A DNA stretch of 64,000 nt from a virus: positions 1-64,000 of IMG/VR virus record IMGVR_UViG_3300042876_000418. One strand, written 5' to 3'. Under the pieces are notes generated by a model. The model was not told the DNA's origin. It did not search any database and worked only from the letters and a program-made list of their open reading frames with translations. Below, piece by piece: positions 56,306-64,000 of this stretch (the stretch's first letter is position 1; every line of letters starts with the position of its first letter). The position numbers and the translations under genes are program-made.

Positions 56306-56871
56306 GTAAAACTCGCACTGAGCAAATCTCAGCCCGCCTGCCTGACTTTATGGCGGAATGGTTGCGGTTGGGTACCGATGGTTTGACCGGGGAATTGAAA
56401 GACTCCGTTCGCCGCGCCATGATCACCCGCGATTTTGACCGCTACCGGGATATCTACGCCGGGGACCTCGATCTTATCCAGGTGCTCAATATCACCCCGA
56501 CCATGATCGAGTCGGAGAACCCGGACGAAAGTACCGCGATGGTCGCTTACATCCTGGTGCAGGGGGCCGCCGCAAAGCTGGCTGAGGCTGTGTCCAGTAT
56601 GGTCCGCACAGGCGCGGTTGATCCGAAAGTTACCGAGCGGATTCGATTATGGCTGCTGGCAGATCGCGCTACATTCAACAATCAGGGTGAAGATATTGTC
56701 ATCTACCTATCACGCCGCTGGCGGAATCACGTTGCGGTAGAAAACGGGGCGGCATCTCTGAAATCCGCTATCAGCAATTTTATTCACGCGGGGATCAAGA
56801 TTGACGCAGGAGAATACCCCGGCATTGAATCCGTGGTCACCACCGGAAAGGAAAACGACAATGCCGCCTAA
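56302..56871 (+). CDS. Hypothetical protein (possible RHH N-terminus)
   Basis: EQISARLPDFMAEWL. Confidence 0.55.
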   Translation: MSKTRTEQISARLPDFMAEWLRLGTDGLTGELKDSVRRAMITRDFDRYRDIYAGDLDLIQVLNITPTMIESENPDESTAMVAYILVQGAAAKLAEAVSSMVRTGAVDPKVTERIRLWLLADRATFNNQGEDIVIYLSRRWRNHVAVENGAASLKSAISNFIHAGIKIDAGEYPGIESVVTTGKENDNAA

Positions 56872-57124
56872 ACCGCCAATCCACGTTTTCGATTTACAGC
56901 GCTATCAGCGCGGCTGGTCATTCGTGGTGGAATTCCACCGTCACGGGCAGGGGATGAAGGTCTACTACTGTACCGGACCGGATGGAGTCGGGCTGTGGGC
57001 GGGCAAGCGCCCCGGCACCTTACCCGAATCGTGCATCGCGCCCGAGTTGACCGTGCCGTCTCACCACCAGGGGGCACTGAAAGTTATCCGCGATTACTTT
57101 TCAAATAGGAAGGCGGAAGGATGA
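56861..57124 (+). CDS. Hypothetical protein
   Basis: Coupled ORF. Confidence 0.55.
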   Translation: MPPKPPIHVFDLQRYQRGWSFVVEFHRHGQGMKVYYCTGPDGVGLWAGKRPGTLPESCIAPELTVPSHHQGALKVIRDYFSNRKAEG

Positions 57125-57630
57125 ACCTGGGCGACCTGACGATTGGCGCGATTATCATCTTCCTGATTCTATTCGGGCTGAGTAAAGCGCGGTACGAAAC
57201 GATCAAAGAGTCGCGCATTCGTCAGGCCCGCGCCACCTATGCCCGCGAATCCCCGTTCAACAAAAGCGCCGCCCTTTACGCCCCCGGCGAATATTGGGAA
57301 GAGCAGAGAAAATACGGGTTGACACCAGAGGAATCGGAGAACATCAAATTTCTACTTGAGGCCGAAGAGCGCGGGCGGCAAGAGATTGAGCAGGTGCGCA
57401 CGGTGGTCCGAGAGAACAACCGGGCCGAACAGTTAGCGCGACTCGAATCACAAAGCGTATTCAACCGTATGCGCCAGGACTCGGGTGGCAGTGTTATCTC
57501 GAAATACGACCGGGAGCACCTACCGCCAGAGACGATGGAAGAGGTTATGGACGCGAAAGTGAACGAGGATATGGAGTCCAGGCGGCAAGAAGAGGCCGAA
57601 GGACGAAGAAAAGCATATCAAGAATGGTAA
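57121..57630 (+). CDS. Membrane-anchored hypothetical protein
   Basis: N-terminal TM. Confidence 0.6.
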   Translation: MNLGDLTIGAIIIFLILFGLSKARYETIKESRIRQARATYARESPFNKSAALYAPGEYWEEQRKYGLTPEESENIKFLLEAEERGRQEIEQVRTVVRENNRAEQLARLESQSVFNRMRQDSGGSVISKYDREHLPPETMEEVMDAKVNEDMESRRQEEAEGRRKAYQEW

Positions 57631-57707
57631 TGTCCATTTATGACAATGGGAAACAATAAACTCGGATTCCGAGTTATTCCGAGATAATTCCGAGATTGGA
57701 GGGAACA

Positions 57708-57926
57708 ATGCAAACAGGCATGTTATGGTTCGACAATGACCCCAAGACCGATATCCCCACAAAAGTGCGCCGGGCGGCGGGGTACTACGAACACAAGTAC
57801 GGCAAGGCCCCCACGATCTGTTTTGCCGCTCCGAATTTCACCAACCCGCCTGACAACGTAGACGGGATCACCGTCAAGACGAACCGGGCGATCATGGCGA
57901 GTCACCTTTGGATTGGGGTGGAATAG
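57708..57926 (+). CDS. Conserved small protein (GMLWFDND..RAA.YY..KYG..P), recalled from Anaerolineae
   Basis: Motif recognition from memory; GGAGGGAAC RBS. Confidence 0.65.
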   Translation: MQTGMLWFDNDPKTDIPTKVRRAAGYYEHKYGKAPTICFAAPNFTNPPDNVDGITVKTNRAIMASHLWIGVE

Positions 57927-58012
57927 CAAACTCCGCCGAAGGGGCGGCGGAGTCCGATCTACTTGTGCGCATGGCACATAGGGCTAAGTAGATTATAGCA
58001 CTTGGAGGATGG

Positions 58013-58222
58013 ATGGGAAAACCAACTTTAGCGCAATATCTAGCGATTCAATCGGCTTATGATTATTGCGTTTCGGCTGAAGGCATGGAAGGCGGAAAGC
58101 ACGCAACGCTAATCACTGTTTTAGGGGACGCCGGAATCAGAACAAATTCAAGGGAGCAGGCATTCAAAGCCGCTCGCAAAATTTTGAAGGGAGATTGGCG
58201 TGACGAAAAAACAGAACGGTAA
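58013..58222 (+). CDS. Hypothetical protein
   Basis: GGAGG RBS. Confidence 0.55.
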   Translation: MGKPTLAQYLAIQSAYDYCVSAEGMEGGKHATLITVLGDAGIRTNSREQAFKAARKILKGDWRDEKTER

Positions 58223-58559
58223 GCCAGTTTATGCCCCTAAACGTGGTGATATTTTCAAGACGACCTCCAGCGTGGGCGTGATTGTGGATACCTACATCAG
58301 CCCGGACACCGGGGATGTGGTCCTAAAGGTTTATTCCCCCAATCGTGTCCTTCGCCTGCAAGAGCCTGAGCTTGTCACACTCGAATCGTTGCGAGAGGTT
58401 GACCTTCGCCCGGCGGCTCAAGACGATCTCGAAAAGCAACTGCGCTTTATATTCGATTTTCAGTCCGGGCAGTATCAAACCAGAATCAACGAAGTGCTGA
58501 GCGCCGCCGGATTGCCGCCAGTTGAAGTCAAGTCGATTTTGGGAGGGACTCATGGGTAG
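58200..58559 (+). CDS. Hypothetical protein, paralog 1
   Basis: PKRGDI..VGVIVD.Y.S.DTG. Confidence 0.65.
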   Translation: MTKKQNGKPVYAPKRGDIFKTTSSVGVIVDTYISPDTGDVVLKVYSPNRVLRLQEPELVTLESLREVDLRPAAQDDLEKQLRFIFDFQSGQYQTRINEVLSAAGLPPVEVKSILGGTHG

Positions 58560-58911
58560 AACCACGACAATGAACGAATGGGATTTATGCTCTGACTACA
58601 TCCCAAAACGCGGGGATATCGTCAAGAGCCATGTAGGTGTGGGAGTCGTGGTGGATGTGTACACCAGCCATGACACCGGGCGGATTCTGTTAGAGATCCA
58701 CTATGCCAAGAACGCCGCTCAAGGTCAACGCCCTGAATTCTCACCGTTGGGGCTGATGCAAGGAATTGATCTTGCCCCGGCCACTACCGAGGAATTCCAG
58801 GCGGAAATGAAATTGATCTTCAAGCGCCGGACAAAACAGTACCGCGCTAAAGTCAAAGAACTGCTGGCCTACGCCGGAATGGAGCCGATCCGTGTTAATT
58901 CCTGTCTCTAA
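58552..58911 (+). CDS. Hypothetical protein, paralog 2
   Basis: PKRGDI..VGVVVD.Y.S.DTG. Confidence 0.65.
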   Translation: MGRTTTMNEWDLCSDYIPKRGDIVKSHVGVGVVVDVYTSHDTGRILLEIHYAKNAAQGQRPEFSPLGLMQGIDLAPATTEEFQAEMKLIFKRRTKQYRAKVKELLAYAGMEPIRVNSCL

Positions 58912-59074
58912 AGTCCTCCCCAATCCCGAGCAACCCCGCCGCAAATTCGACAAAACCCAACTGCGCGAATTGGCGGATAGTATTCTGATTCATGGTGTGC
59001 TTACACCGATATTAGTTTACAAGGTAGGGGATAACTACGTGCTGAAGGACGGCGAACGTAGACTCCGGGCGTGA
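58892..59074 (+). pseudogene. parB: Truncated ParB N-terminal domain
   Basis: PNPEQPRRKF..LADSI..GVLTPILV..DGERRLRA*; the stop is created by the TnpB right end. Confidence 0.8.
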
Positions 59075-60269
59075 CGCTCCCTACTCTTGCGAGAGGGGTT
59101 CTTCGGACAGCCTTATCCCAATGGATGTGCTTTTGTCCGAACGGGCACGTCCTGCCCGGTAAAGAATGTTTATTGCAGCGTTTATGTCTCTGTCCATAGA
59201 CAGGCCACAATCGCATTTCACCCAACGAGCAGAAAGATCGAGATGTTCAAAAATCGTGCCACACGAACTGCAAGTACGAGACGTATAGGCCGGGTTTACT
59301 GCGACGACTACTCTGCCAGCTTCTACCGCTTTGCTGAGTAGTCGTTCTTTGAAGTAACCCCAACCGGCGTCAAGTATGCTTTTCGCTAGACAATGATTCC
59401 GAACCATGTTCACGATCTGTAAATCTTCCAGGGCAATAAGATCGTAACCCTGAATGAACTTGTACACCAACTTATTGAGATAATCTTCTCTCTGGTTGGT
59501 GACGTGCTGATAATGTCTTTGAATCGCTATCACAGCTTTACGGCGGTTGGATCCGCCTTTCTTTCGCCTTGATAGGGTTCTATTCAATATTCTGAGTTTC
59601 TTCTGACTGGCCCGGTAATACTTCGGGTTCTCAATCGTTTCACCTTCACTCGTGGCAATCAGGTGGTGAATACCAACGTCGATTCCGATTGCTTTACCGG
59701 CCTCAGGAAGTGCGGGTTTTTCGGGAATTTCGCAAGTAAAACAAGCGTACCATTCTCCGGCCTGCTTGCAGATTCGGATGGTTTTTATTTTTCCCTCCAT
59801 CTGTCTATGCCAACGAACACGGATTCGGCCAATACCTGAAACCTTCAGCCTGCGCCCGTCAACACGAAATCCATTCCCGTATTCTTTCAGGCCAAAACTA
59901 TTGAATCGCCCCTTTCCTTTGAATCGTGGGTATCCGGGAGCGCCCCCAGACTTTACCCGCCTAAAGAAAGCCTGAAAAGCCTTGTCTAAATCAGCCACCA
60001 CCACCTGGAGAATGTGGCTATGAACCCGGAAAGCATAAGGATTCTCTTTTCGGTAGTCCTTGATCTTGGCAGCTTGTTCAAACTTGCTAACGCTTCTTTT
60101 TTCTTTCTCCCAGACATTCTTTCGATCTTCAAGACACACGTTATACCAGCGACGGCACGTTTCAACCGTCTCGTCCATCAGTGACGCTTGTTTCTTGGAA
60201 GGGTATAACCTATACTTGAAATCCTTGAATGACATAAATCAATTATAATCCATATCTTGTATTTGTCAA
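59071..60269 (-). mobile_element. tnpB-only IS200/IS605-type element (right end clear, left end not found)
   Basis: Right-end hairpin ending GCGTCAC at 59071; promoter TTGACA-N16-TATAAT, leaderless. Confidence 0.7.
59081..60235 (-). CDS. tnpB: RNA-guided endonuclease TnpB
   Basis: YRLYP, GIDVG, LEDL, CSSCG..CDCG, RDINAAINI; D-E-D intact. Confidence 0.95.
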   Translation of the reverse strand: MSFKDFKYRLYPSKKQASLMDETVETCRRWYNVCLEDRKNVWEKEKRSVSKFEQAAKIKDYRKENPYAFRVHSHILQVVVADLDKAFQAFFRRVKSGGAPGYPRFKGKGRFNSFGLKEYGNGFRVDGRRLKVSGIGRIRVRWHRQMEGKIKTIRICKQAGEWYACFTCEIPEKPALPEAGKAIGIDVGIHHLIATSEGETIENPKYYRASQKKLRILNRTLSRRKKGGSNRRKAVIAIQRHYQHVTNQREDYLNKLVYKFIQGYDLIALEDLQIVNMVRNHCLAKSILDAGWGYFKERLLSKAVEAGRVVVAVNPAYTSRTCSSCGTIFEHLDLSARWVKCDCGLSMDRDINAAINILYRAGRARSDKSTSIGIRLSEEPLSQE

Positions 60270-60304
60270 TGATTTATAGTACAATGCAAAAAAGGAGCGA
60301 AACG

Positions 60305-60535
60305 ATGTTAGAAGTCATTCAAAAGTACATGAAACTCAAAGGGGTGAGCATGTCTGGCCTATCAATGCTACTCGGTATCTCCCCTCCTACGATGTGGCGC
60401 TGGTACGCGGGGCAACAGTTCCCCGGCGGTCGCTACATATCGCAATGGTACTGCTCGGACACCTGGACTCACCAGTTCGCTATCGACATGATGGAAGCGA
60501 TAAAAGCGGCGAATGGCACTATTACTGAACGCTAA
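60305..60535 (+). CDS. XRE-family HTH protein
   Basis: SMSGLSMLLGISPPTMWRWYAG..P; divergent from tnpB. Confidence 0.7.
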   Translation: MLEVIQKYMKLKGVSMSGLSMLLGISPPTMWRWYAGQQFPGGRYISQWYCSDTWTHQFAIDMMEAIKAANGTITER

Positions 60536-61763
60536 CGCACTGCATCTCCCAATCGCTGATAACTCAGTCCAGATGTGCGTGACTAGCCCGCCGTATTGGG
60601 GGTTGCGCGATTACAATGTAGACGGGCAACTTGGGTTAGAGCGCGTCCCTGATTGTCTAGGATGGGCTACGGGTGCGCCGTGTGGAAAATGTTATGTCTG
60701 TGATATGGTAGCCGCGTTTCGTGAGGTACGCCGGATACTGAGAAACGACGGGGTTCTATTTCTCAACTTGGGCGATTCTTACGCTGGAAGTTGGGGCAAT
60801 TATCATCCCAATAGTCCTCCTGGAAAGCACGGTCAACGGGTAGCAATAGAGGCAAGATGGAATAGGCCGGCCTATGAAAGCCAGGAATTTTTACCTCCAA
60901 CCTCTCAAAAAATCGCCGGTCTAAAGCCAAAAGACCTCTGCATGATTCCTGCCCGCGTAGCCCTGGCGCTTCAGGCTGACGGCTGGTGGTTGCGATCCGG
61001 GATAACGTGGGTAAAATTAAACCCGCTACCGGAATCGGTTACAGACCGGCCCACGAAGTCAACTGAGATGGTTTACGTTCTCACGAAGTCGGAAAGCTAC
61101 GTTTGGGACCAACAGGCAGTACGAGAGCCGAATAGCCCCACGTCTGGAAAATGGGGCAAGAGTGTGATACCGAAAACCGCACAAGCACAAGGTGACGGTA
61201 GACATGGTAAATCTGGATTCATGGGCGGCGAAATCAGCCAGGAAGAAATAACAGAAAAGTATTACACAAATGGCCGCAACATGCGAGATGTGATCGTCCT
61301 GGCGACTCAGCCCACCAAAGAAGCGCACTTTGCCACGATGCCAGAGGCGCTAGTGGATAAGTGTATACGCGCCGGGACAAGTGAGGGCGGGTGCTGTCCT
61401 GCTTGCGGCAAAGCGTGGGAGAGGGTGACTCAGGACGGCGATAAAGTACAACAGCATTGGGCACCAGAAACGCAAGAGAAAATAGACATTGCGCAGGGTA
61501 ATCACGGCAAAACAAGTGTCATGAATACCGGATTTACCACCACAAAAGAAACCCTCGGCTTCCGCCAATCCTGCACCTGCCCGCCTCAGCCGCCGGTCGG
61601 TTGCCTAGTTTTTGACCCATTCACAGGATCGGGCACGTCTGGCAGAGTCGCAACGAAGCTGAATCGGCGCTTTGTTGGGACTGAGTTGAGTCTCAAGTAT
61701 CTACTCGAAATCGCAAAGAAGCGAACCAGTGAGATACAGCCTAAGATGATAGGGATGGAATAA
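60513..61763 (+). CDS. DNA N4/N6 methyltransferase with Zn-finger insertion
   Basis: TSPPYWGLRDY, NLGDSY, HFATMP, DPFTGSGT. Confidence 0.93.
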   Translation: MALLLNANALHLPIADNSVQMCVTSPPYWGLRDYNVDGQLGLERVPDCLGWATGAPCGKCYVCDMVAAFREVRRILRNDGVLFLNLGDSYAGSWGNYHPNSPPGKHGQRVAIEARWNRPAYESQEFLPPTSQKIAGLKPKDLCMIPARVALALQADGWWLRSGITWVKLNPLPESVTDRPTKSTEMVYVLTKSESYVWDQQAVREPNSPTSGKWGKSVIPKTAQAQGDGRHGKSGFMGGEISQEEITEKYYTNGRNMRDVIVLATQPTKEAHFATMPEALVDKCIRAGTSEGGCCPACGKAWERVTQDGDKVQQHWAPETQEKIDIAQGNHGKTSVMNTGFTTTKETLGFRQSCTCPPQPPVGCLVFDPFTGSGTSGRVATKLNRRFVGTELSLKYLLEIAKKRTSEIQPKMIGME

Positions 61764-61768
61764 ACCGC

Positions 61769-61975
61769 ATGAATAACACCGAAGAAATTATCCAGACGGT
61801 AAAGAAAACAATTCCCGCCGAATCTTGCCCGACCGTATTTTATGGGTACGATCCAAAATCGAATAAATATGGTTGGCACGTTCGGCTTTCACGCTGGCCT
61901 GACGCCCGCTTCATGGGAAACGGCATTGACAAGGCCCTTGAATTCGCCGCCAATCCGGCTAACTTTGCTACTTGA
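61769..61975 (+). CDS. Hypothetical protein
   Basis: ORF after the MTase. Confidence 0.5.
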   Translation: MNNTEEIIQTVKKTIPAESCPTVFYGYDPKSNKYGWHVRLSRWPDARFMGNGIDKALEFAANPANFAT

Positions 61976-62096
61976 TCTATAGTGTAATACGTGCTATACT
62001 GTATGACAGATTAGTAAATCGGCACCGGATTGCGCCCGGTAAATACCCCGCCCGAAATTGATGTGAGATTGCGCAATAGGGCGGGGTGTTTTTTTT
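61972..62096 (+). ncRNA. Promoter + two-hairpin leader RNA ending in a terminator
   Basis: TTGATC-N17-TATACT; ACCGG/CCGGT; ATACCCCGCCC/GGGCGGGGTGT + T8. Confidence 0.5.
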
Positions 62097-62106
62097 GGAG
62101 GGAAGT

Positions 62107-62376
62107 ATGAACCGAAAACAAGCCTTTGATTTTCTGGCCGATATCGCCACGGTTTGCGGGTGCGAGATCGAGAATCGCATTCGGACCAACGGGGATTGGT
62201 TTGTTACCTCGCTATCCTGTTTCCGGGCTGTACACGGTGACGCCGGCGAAACGTTGATCTTCCTGGGACCCCACCGGGTAGCCGCCGTAATTTCACAAGA
62301 ACGGGATCACGTCAAATTAGCCGAGATGATTGTATCCAAAGCCAACCAGCACAAAATGCAGGCCGACCATGTCTGA
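62107..62376 (+). CDS. Hypothetical protein
   Basis: GGAGGG RBS. Confidence 0.6.
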   Translation: MNRKQAFDFLADIATVCGCEIENRIRTNGDWFVTSLSCFRAVHGDAGETLIFLGPHRVAAVISQERDHVKLAEMIVSKANQHKMQADHV

Positions 62377-62803
62377 CTTCGATAAAATGACCCTGGCTGA
62401 GCTGAGAATGGCAATCGCAGAGGTGCAAGGCTGGCAGAATATCCGCACGGTTGATGGCCCGACTCCCGAAGGATTGATCATCGCTGAAACGCCTGATTTT
62501 GAGGGTTGTGATATCCAGCAATTCGACACGGTGACTCTGCCCGATTGGCCGAATAGCGATTCAGACTGCGCGGCGCTGGTCAATGACATCGTTGGAACCG
62601 ATAGAAATTCAATTCAAACTGGGCTGAAATGGGTGGGAGAAAAATATCGTCCGGGTTACTATGAAGCATGGGCATTGATCTCATGGAAAAATGCACCTAT
62701 TCTGTCTAGTTGCTCAACTGAGCAGGGCGCAACCGCAAACCTGCGCGTGGCAATCTGCAAGGCTTATCTGCAATGGAGGAAAGCGAACGATGGACAAAGA
62801 TAG
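62369..62803 (+). CDS. ABA-sandwich-like hypothetical protein
   Basis: ELRMAIAEVQGW..LPDW..AICKAYL. Confidence 0.55.
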   Translation: MSDFDKMTLAELRMAIAEVQGWQNIRTVDGPTPEGLIIAETPDFEGCDIQQFDTVTLPDWPNSDSDCAALVNDIVGTDRNSIQTGLKWVGEKYRPGYYEAWALISWKNAPILSSCSTEQGATANLRVAICKAYLQWRKANDGQR

Positions 62804-63203
62804 ACGCGCCGAACTACTGAAGTTTATTGCCGAACAGGTTGATACCCACGGCCAATCGCAAGAGCGGTTTGATACCGAATTGGATATCAAAGTCGATAAA
62901 TTTTACGTTGACGAAATTGTGATTATGCACAGCCCCTACACCGGCGAAGATGTACCCATGAGTTACCGGGGCAGCCCCGAGTACGGCAAAGCCGTCGTAT
63001 TCAATATCGAGAATGGCTACCAAATGACCGTGCCTGTGGAATGGCTACGGAAACGGTTCATTCCAGGAGAGAACGTGATCATCGACAATGACGCTATTGC
63101 TATATACGTAAGTTGCGACGGCGGCTCCTGTACGGTTTATACCCCTGAAAAAGGTGAATTTAAAGTATCCGCGAATCGTATCCGCAAAGTTGAGGCGAAA
63201 TGA
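62790..63203 (+). CDS. Hypothetical protein
   Basis: GGAGG RBS. Confidence 0.6.
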   Translation: MDKDRRAELLKFIAEQVDTHGQSQERFDTELDIKVDKFYVDEIVIMHSPYTGEDVPMSYRGSPEYGKAVVFNIENGYQMTVPVEWLRKRFIPGENVIIDNDAIAIYVSCDGGSCTVYTPEKGEFKVSANRIRKVEAK

Positions 63204-63478
63204 CCATCACGCTTGACGACAAAAACAAAGTTCGCAAAATAGCCCGCGACTCCTTCGGGGAATTGCTTGACCTGTCTGAAAACGACAAGGCACGGCTGAA
63301 AGAGGCGCTAAAGGATAACAAGACCCTGCGTCTGGTTGAAATGGTGATCGTGGCGCACGAACTTGAGATTGACGACAACGCGCGCGGCCTGCTGAAATTG
63401 CGGGCCGAAATCCTCCAGGAACGCATGGGTGAAATGATGAAATCAGCAAGAGAGGTGAAGTATGCCAACCAGCAATAA
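63200..63478 (+). CDS. Hypothetical protein
   Basis: Coupled ORF. Confidence 0.6.
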   Translation: MTITLDDKNKVRKIARDSFGELLDLSENDKARLKEALKDNKTLRLVEMVIVAHELEIDDNARGLLKLRAEILQERMGEMMKSAREVKYANQQ

Positions 63479-64000
63479 GACCCGCGCCTATTGGATCGAC
63501 AAAGCGAAGGGATGGGCCGAAGGATTCCTAACCCACCCGGACTACGGCGGATCGCCGCAATTGGATGAATTCAACGCCGTCATGGATGAACTCATGGCGC
63601 TGTCCAATCAGCCCGTGACCACAATGCGCGTCAAGCTCAATTCGGATGATGTCAAGAATATTGACGCCGCGATTGAGAAGGAATTCGACAAAATTGTGAC
63701 CCCCGAGTTGAGAGAGGCGATCCGCGCGATTCCCGCTCCAATCCTCAATGTAGTCCAGGAAATCCTGGCTACCATCCCGGACGCGTTCAATGATCAAGAG
63801 TCGCTGGATACCATTGTAGCCGCCATGAGAGACGGGCGCGGGGCGTACCAGTGGTATCAAGTCGCCAATAAGCGAAAAATTCAGCCGGCCATTTTGAAAC
63901 TTGCCGCCCGGTTGTTGGAGGACGCCGCCGAATCGTATGGATCCCACGGCTGCAACGATTTTCACATGGAAGATACCCCGGAAAACCTCAGCCTTGTCAG
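63462..64000 (+). CDS. Hypothetical protein (partial, runs off right edge)
   Basis: GAGG RBS; open frame MPTSNKTRAYW.. to the window end. Confidence 0.6.
   Translation, partial: MPTSNKTRAYWIDKAKGWAEGFLTHPDYGGSPQLDEFNAVMDELMALSNQPVTTMRVKLNSDDVKNIDAAIEKEFDKIVTPELREAIRAIPAPILNVVQEILATIPDAFNDQESLDTIVAAMRDGRGAYQWYQVANKRKIQPAILKLAARLLEDAAESYGSHGCNDFHMEDTPENLSLV

Noticed and set aside
56087-57954. Hairpins with GAAGGGG loops at ~56090 and ~57930 as further anti-SD RNAs
   Set aside because: No promoter seen on the opposite strand; adequately explained as terminators or processing stems
14643-60235. Nuclease-dead TnpB (TldR) or Cas12 effectors
   Set aside because: Both proteins keep RuvC D-E-D and have IS-type right ends; no CRISPR array is adjacent
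1-64000. CRISPR or TIGR-like arrays, tRNA/rRNA genes, reverse transcriptase/DGR, integrase
   Set aside because: By eye I found no regularly spaced repeat-spacer array, no tRNA cloverleaf with T-loop context, and no RT or recombinase motifs

Overview
This window looks like 64 kb of a large temperate siphophage or phage-plasmid. The host is probably Chloroflexi (Anaerolineae), an inference from one conserved small protein and frequent leaderless genes. 1-26.9 kb (minus strand) holds recombination, replication and nucleotide genes: a putative annealing protein, a C5 and two N4/N6 DNA methyltransferases, a beta-clamp-like protein, DUF5131, ThyX, RNase H, a DnaB-like helicase, an HTH initiator with internal iterons, a TSCPD protein and a primase. 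27-33.3 kb (plus strand) holds early genes, including ParA, an RHH partner and a repeat centromere. 33.4-47 kb (minus strand) holds holin-like membrane genes and the tail module. 47-49 kb is a decaying insert followed by two tandem small-RNA genes. 49-53.5 kb is a glycosyltransferase/methyltransferase cluster. 53.6-64 kb (plus strand) is accessory genes, including a fourth DNA methyltransferase. Two catalytically intact, transposase-less TnpB elements are present. One splits a DUF1599 gene and supplies a coupled restart codon; the other has a guide matching the ParB GERRLRA motif. The most unusual signal is a dispersed set of promoter-terminator small-RNA units whose unpaired parts are complementary to Shine-Dalgarno or start-codon contexts of phage genes. 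Other notable features are a C4-like antisense RNA, two genome-wide DNA motifs and two candidate programmed frameshifts. All calls come from reading the sequence by eye; no database search was run.
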